Shown piece after piece: positions 58,975-64,000 of a DNA stretch of 64,000 nucleotides. Below the pieces are notes generated by a model. It saw only the letters and a program-made list of their open reading frames with translations, was not told the DNA's origin and searched no databases. Every line of letters starts with the position of its first letter. Within the stretch, counting starts at the first letter, position 1. The translations under genes and the position numbers were made by a program. Source of the stretch: an uncultured Spirochaetota bacterium (GTDB lineage Bacteria; Spirochaetota; Brevinematia; Brevinematales; JAOACQ01); assembly GCA_963783575.1 (NCBI GenBank), contig CAWAOD010000009.1, forward strand, positions 679,191 through 743,190, in the 5' to 3' direction.

Positions 58975-59609
58975 TATATAGTAGATATAATATTCATATT
59001 ATTTTTTATATAATACCGGAAATTCATTTATTATTTTATATATCTTTATAATACGTGATTATTAAGTAATTCATTTGTAAACTTTTGATTAATTTTTACC
59101 GGCCATACGCGTTTCTGGAACATTTCTATCTTGAGTTTTCTTCTTGGTATTGTTTAATTCTATTGATGCGCCAGTGCGATCTGGGCGGAGGAGTATATAC
59201 TCTCAGTTTTCTTATGGGAGTAATTGGAATTTGGGCTTTTATTGATGCTTTGATTCTTGCATCCAGAAAAACTATATCTGGCCCGTTAAATGCTGTATTT
59301 CTTAACTAATTGCCGGAATGCTCTTTTTATCCCGCCTGCCGGTTCTTAAAAAATCCCTCTATCCCGGATATGAAAACCTTAAAATATTTTAAACAAGCGT
59401 TTCTCTTAATTTAGGGTAATATCTTAAGAAGACTTAAAGATACTTTATCAGAAATTATTTTAACCTGCAAGATAAAATTTTCATCTTCACACCTTTTTGA
59501 ATAAAATCAACTGGAAAATTAAATAAAATGAATTTATAATCAAGATATTAATAGGCATTTGTCGATAAGTTTATATCTTTAGCCTTGTATTCCTTGATAG
59601 GAGGTTAAA

Positions 59610-60455
59610 ATGAAGATTCAGAAATTAAAAGATAAAAAACTCACGTTAAAAAATGACGGGCATTTAGCGCTTTTTTTTGTTGGAATCGGCAGCGCTTTTA
59701 CAAAAAGACATTATCAAACCAATCTATTGATAGTAAAAGGCAATGATCATCTTCTTATAGATTGCGGCACAAAATGCCCTCAAGCGCTATATGAGCTTGG
59801 CCATTCCATAACCAATGTTGATAATTTTTTAATAACACATTCTCATGCCGATCACATCGGCGGTCTGGAAGAAGCATCCCTTATCGACCGTTATTCTTTA
59901 AGAAAAAAGGGGACTATGGTTATTAATGAGACTTACCAGCATATACTCTGGGACATGTCGCTGCGCGGAGGATGCGCCTTCAGTGAGGAAAAAGCCGGAG
60001 CTGTTTTAACATTTTCAGACTTCTGGAACATCATTCGCCCGAAATGGCTTATAAATTATCCGCGTGAAACACTTGAGGCGAATGTCGGGAGTATTAATGT
60101 TAAGATGTTCAGGACAAAACATATCCCGGACAACTCTGACAGCTGGGAAACCTCTTTTTGGAGCTGCGGTATTATTATAGATGATAAAGTAATGTTTACT
60201 AGCGATACCCGTTTTGATATTGATCTTGTAGAGCCTTTTGATAAAATATTTCATTTTGATAAAATATTTCATGACTGCCAGTTTTTTACGGGAGGTGTCC
60301 ATGCCTCGCTGGAGGAATTGAAAACACTTCCGGAACAGTTGAAATCAAAAATGTATCTTACCCATTATGGCGACGATTGGGAAGATTTCGAAGATAAGGT
60401 AAAAGAGTACGGTTTTATTGATCTCGCGCAGCAGCATGTGTTTTATGTTTTTTGA
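59610..60455 (+). CDS. MBL-fold metallo-hydrolase (RNase Z / phosphodiesterase-like)
   Basis: GIGSAF, LLIDCG, THSHADHIGG, FTSDT, FHDC, HASL, LTHY. Confidence 0.88.
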   Translation: MKIQKLKDKKLTLKNDGHLALFFVGIGSAFTKRHYQTNLLIVKGNDHLLIDCGTKCPQALYELGHSITNVDNFLITHSHADHIGGLEEASLIDRYSLRKKGTMVINETYQHILWDMSLRGGCAFSEEKAGAVLTFSDFWNIIRPKWLINYPRETLEANVGSINVKMFRTKHIPDNSDSWETSFWSCGIIIDDKVMFTSDTRFDIDLVEPFDKIFHFDKIFHDCQFFTGGVHASLEELKTLPEQLKSKMYLTHYGDDWEDFEDKVKEYGFIDLAQQHVFYVF

Positions 60456-60485
60456 CTGTCTTAATATTGGATTGCAATAAAAGAT

Positions 60486-61610
60486 TTATTCGTAAAGTTT
60501 CAGCGGCATAGCTATGTATGTATAATTATCATCACCGAGAACTTTCATCATCAATGGACTACTCTGGGAATTGATAACAAATTCGATCTCTTTCCCTCCC
60601 GCCACTTTAAGGAAGTCAGAAATAGATTTATTATTGAATGCGATAGTTAATGAGCTGCCTTTATAATCGATTGAAATTTCCTCTTTAGCGACTCCGTAAA
60701 TAGGATGGGTTGTAATAATTGTCATTTTATTATCACCAATTTCGATCTTTGTTTTCCCGGAATCCGGATCGCTCATAACAGATACCGTATCAAGGGCTTG
60801 CAGGAATAAAGCACTGTCCAGCTGAGCGGTATTGATCCTGTCAGCGGGTATTACGTCCTTATAATTCGGGAACTTACCGTCCACAAGGTTTGAAAACATA
60901 TATACATTTCCGATCTTAAAGAAAGCCTGATTATTTTGGATTGAGAATAATACATCACCGGTAGAAAGAATATTCTGTATAGTTTTAAAAATTCGCTCCG
61001 GTATTATTACACCTAATTCTACTTCGCCTTTTTTTTCTTCATATTCGCGTGTTATAACAGCAAGCCTTTTACCATCACTAGTCACAAATGAGAGATAGCC
61101 TTCGACAGCTTCTTCGAAATATGTGCCTGTAAATGCCGGTTTTGATGTGTCGGAAGAAACTGAGAATTCTGTAGATATTATCTGCTCAAGCAGGGTTTCC
61201 TGCGCTATTTTAATGTAGCTGTTCCAGTTAAATTCATTAAATATAGGATAAGCATCGCCCGAAACACCATTAAGGTTAAAAATAGGATTTTCAGAAGCTT
61301 CCGGGTGTATTATTATTTCATGTTCGCTTTCATTTTTTGTCCTGAATATTATTTTATCGCCTGGAATTTTTCGTACAGCTTCAAGCAGTTTCTTTGATAA
61401 AAGGCTTATCTTTCCTACTTCTTCAACTGTTCCCGATGATTCTATTTTGACCCCATTTTCTCCATTATATGATAGCATAATTATTGAACCGTCATTCATT
61501 GCTTCAATATAGACATTTAGCAACATCGCAAGCGGAGATTTTATATTTATTATTGAATCGGCAGTGCTTAAATTTCTTATGAATTCTTCCTTATTTACTA
61601 CAAACTTCAT
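60486..61610 (-). CDS. dnaN: DNA polymerase III beta sliding clamp
   Basis: MKFVVNKE, VTSDGKRLA, VIIP, DGKFPNYKDVIP, IAFN, IAMPL; ~374 aa. Confidence 0.93.
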   Translation of the reverse strand: MKFVVNKEEFIRNLSTADSIINIKSPLAMLLNVYIEAMNDGSIIMLSYNGENGVKIESSGTVEEVGKISLLSKKLLEAVRKIPGDKIIFRTKNESEHEIIIHPEASENPIFNLNGVSGDAYPIFNEFNWNSYIKIAQETLLEQIISTEFSVSSDTSKPAFTGTYFEEAVEGYLSFVTSDGKRLAVITREYEEKKGEVELGVIIPERIFKTIQNILSTGDVLFSIQNNQAFFKIGNVYMFSNLVDGKFPNYKDVIPADRINTAQLDSALFLQALDTVSVMSDPDSGKTKIEIGDNKMTIITTHPIYGVAKEEISIDYKGSSLTIAFNNKSISDFLKVAGGKEIEFVINSQSSPLMMKVLGDDNYTYIAMPLKLYE

Positions 61611-61635
61611 TTTCAACTCCTAATAATATATTTAA

Positions 61636-61653
61636 CAAGCGTGCCGCTTGACC
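61636..61653. repeat. REP-like repeat copy 4, upstream of dnaN
   Basis: CAAGCGTGCCGCTTGACC; flanks TTTAA...CCAATT shared with copy at 1503. Confidence 0.75.
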
Positions 61654-61972
61654 AATTAAATACATTGCGGCTTTGTATCCTACCGGAAAATTAATTCAAT
61701 TTTAATACTATCGATGCAGTAAAACAATTGAAAATTCTTTGAATATAATTCCCGGGGTTTTTCTTGAATATACTTTATTAATTACAGAGGATTATAAACA
61801 TTTTTCATAAAATTATCAAGTTATTATAAGGCTGTCCCTTAAGATAGGGAACAATAAATTTGTATTTCAATTTTCTTTAATTTTTCTTTAATTTTTATGG
61901 CGACAGTGGCTCCCCTTGACTTTTTTATTAATATGATTTATTATTTTCCCCATTATTGATGAGAGGAAATGT

Positions 61973-62335
61973 ATGAACGGTATAAATTTCAATAAAGCAG
62001 GCGGTCTTGTCCCGGTTATCGCTCAGGATGTTGAATCCGGAAAGGTATTAATGCTTGCCTATGCCAATAGTGAAGCTTTTGAAAACACACTGAAAACCGG
62101 TAAGGCAACATATTGGTCACGATCAAGGAATAAGCTCTGGTGTAAGGGCGAGGAATCCGGTAATTATCAGGATGTTATTGAAATTTTGATCGACTGCGAC
62201 GAAGACGCTTTAATCTACAAGGTTAAGCAGGCCGGAATCGGCGCGGCCTGTCATACCGGTTATGTGAGCTGTTTTTACAGGAGCCTTGTTAACGGAGCTT
62301 GGCAATATAATGGTGAAGAAAAAAAGACAACATAA
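61973..62335 (+). CDS. hisI: Phosphoribosyl-AMP cyclohydrolase
   Basis: VLMLAY, YWSRSR..LW.KGEESG, DCDED, ACHTG..SCF. Confidence 0.95.
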   Translation: MNGINFNKAGGLVPVIAQDVESGKVLMLAYANSEAFENTLKTGKATYWSRSRNKLWCKGEESGNYQDVIEILIDCDEDALIYKVKQAGIGAACHTGYVSCFYRSLVNGAWQYNGEEKKTT

Positions 62336-62353
62336 TAGCCCGCCCTTCGTTAT

Positions 62354-64000
62354 CAGACTGTGTGAAAACACAGTAAATATGCTATAATTATTAGAACAAA
62401 AATAATCGGAGTAAGAGATGAAGCATATTGAGGGAGAATCAAGGGATCAGATAGTTCTGTTCAATGAAACACTGGAAGATCTGTTAGGAGAAGAAGATCC
62501 GGTAAGGTTTATAGATATTTTTGTTGATAAGCTAAATATGAAAGGAGTTGGTTTTAAAGTAAAAGAAGCATCAACCGGCAGAAGTTCATATAAATCCGAA
62601 ATACTTTTAAAAATCTATATTTACGGATATTTGAATAAAATCAGGACAAGCAGGAAATTAGAGAGAGAGTGCCGAAGAAACACAGAGTTGATGTGGCTGA
62701 CTGGACGACTAGCGCCGGATTTCAAGACGATTGCCGACTTCAGGAAAGATAATAAGAAGGGAATACAGTCGATATTCAGAGAATTTTTGAAGATATGTCA
62801 TAAAGCCGGGCTTTTATCATTTGACGTTGTTGGAATAGATGGAACCAAGATCAGTGCGCAAAACCACAATAACAATGTTTATCATAGGAAAAACATAGAA
62901 GAAATCATACATAGAATAGATCAAAAGATCGAAGAATATTTGAATGAGATGGATAAGAACGATAAGGAAGAAAAGAATGAATTTGAATTTCTTTCCGGAA
63001 AGATAGCGGAACGTTTAAAGAAAATGAAAACAAAAAAGGATAAAGTTGAGGCTATTAAAAAGATTTTTGAGGGAAATCCTGAAATGGAGAAATATTATTC
63101 AAATGACCCGGAAAGCCGGTTTATGAATGATAAAGGGAAATCCGACATTGCATATAATCTGCAGATGGCAGTAGATGATGCGAATAAACTGATTGTGGTG
63201 ATTGATGTGACGAATGAAAACAATGATATCAAACAGATGGCAGGAATGTGTGACCGAGTAGAAGAAATAAAGGACGAGCTTAAGGTAGAGACTGAAACGG
63301 TCAAAGTATCGGATGCCGGTTATTACAGCGAACCGCAGATACTGGAATGTATAGATAAGGGACATAACGTATATATGCCGAATCCGGATGACGGACATAA
63401 GGCAAGGATTCGAGGCAAAGAAGATAATAAAGGAGTACCTGCTGAAGAATACCAGGTTGATAAATTCAAATATGATCCGGGACAAAATGTTTATTATTGT
63501 CCGGAGGGAAACCCATTAGTGAGAAATGGGAAAAAAGTAGAGAAGGTCAATGGAGGAAAAGAGATAGTCAGGTACAAGTGCGGCTTATGCAGCCAATGTG
63601 AAGTAAGAAATAAGTGTACTGAAAGCGTGGAAGGACGAAGTATCAAAGTACCAGTTAGAAAAGAAGAAATTGAGAACTTCAAGAGGAAAATTCGTTCTGA
63701 AGCCGGGAAAAAGATCATAGAGAAAAGGAAAGAGATATGTGAACATCCATTTGGATCGATAAAAAGGAATATGGGTTACAGTTATTTTTTAATGAAGGGA
63801 AAGGATGGCGTTCTGACGGAATCCAGTTTGGCAGGATTCATTCATAATTTAATAAAAGTATTGAATATATTGGGAATAAAGAGACTTATGACTCTGGTTT
63901 GATGCTAACAAACCATCGTTTATCGTATTCGGATAGATTTTTTAAACTAAGATTTTTTTAGCTTGAAAAATATATCAAAAAATGGAGTTTTTGTATAATT
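62354..64000 (+). mobile_element. IS1182-family element (right end probably beyond window)
   Basis: Putative left end CAGACTGTGTGAAAA at 62354; no matching inverted end within window. Confidence 0.65.
62418..63902 (+). CDS. IS1182-family transposase
   Basis: LLKIYIYGY...SRKLE...WL...PDFKTIADFR, IDGTKI, DAGY, Cys cluster, EHPFGSIK. Confidence 0.93.
   Translation: MKHIEGESRDQIVLFNETLEDLLGEEDPVRFIDIFVDKLNMKGVGFKVKEASTGRSSYKSEILLKIYIYGYLNKIRTSRKLERECRRNTELMWLTGRLAPDFKTIADFRKDNKKGIQSIFREFLKICHKAGLLSFDVVGIDGTKISAQNHNNNVYHRKNIEEIIHRIDQKIEEYLNEMDKNDKEEKNEFEFLSGKIAERLKKMKTKKDKVEAIKKIFEGNPEMEKYYSNDPESRFMNDKGKSDIAYNLQMAVDDANKLIVVIDVTNENNDIKQMAGMCDRVEEIKDELKVETETVKVSDAGYYSEPQILECIDKGHNVYMPNPDDGHKARIRGKEDNKGVPAEEYQVDKFKYDPGQNVYYCPEGNPLVRNGKKVEKVNGGKEIVRYKCGLCSQCEVRNKCTESVEGRSIKVPVRKEEIENFKRKIRSEAGKKIIEKRKEICEHPFGSIKRNMGYSYFLMKGKDGVLTESSLAGFIHNLIKVLNILGIKRLMTLV

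Noticed and set aside
59085..59309. Small membrane protein or gene remnant
   Set aside because: TTG start without RBS and no recognisable family; may be a decayed fragment
61829..61908. Degenerate MITE (GGCTGTCCCTTAA ... TTATGGCGACAGT)
   Set aside because: Ends match poorly, with no target duplication or second copy in the window
105..63718. Many short or antisense ORFs in the track (e.g. 105-317, 6197-6667, 10691-11407, 14326-14913, 54769-55338)
   Set aside because: They overlap well-supported genes on the other strand or frame and show no recognisable motifs
1..64000. CRISPR arrays, tRNA/rRNA genes, prophage
   Set aside because: No regularly spaced repeats, tRNA/rRNA signatures or phage genes seen

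Overview
AT-rich bacterial chromosomal window; gene content (FliO-like protein, FecR/PEGA envelope protein) suggests a free-living spirochaete (inference only). It is mostly housekeeping: deoC, ahcY, metK, alaS, thrS-infC-rpmI-rplT, mnmA, mtaB, rsmG, argC, hisI, dnaN, thiM, ugd-uxs, and class III ribonucleotide reductase genes. Three IS elements are present (IS630, IS1380 and IS1182 families). I saw no rRNA, tRNA or CRISPR array. The best candidate for an undescribed system is a ~10 kb minus-strand envelope locus (35.8-46.1 kb). It has a winged-helix regulator between two paralogous membrane proteins, followed by an 8-gene operon: Omp85/POTRA protein, secreted TPR protein, LolCDE-like ABC transporter, SCP2-iron-sulfur-flavoprotein fusion, LolA-like protein and a putative barrel. 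Both promoters carry the same ACTTT-N7-AAAGT palindrome. Other points of interest: a natively split NrdD with a separately encoded glycyl-radical peptide; a dispersed REP-like hairpin that forms the 3' ends of alaS and uxs; a perfect 26-bp SahR-type operator; a eukaryote-type xylulokinase and a divergent xylose isomerase; a hydrolase lacking its nucleophile; and a probable ATC start for infC. Several genes carry single-base indels that may be assembly errors.
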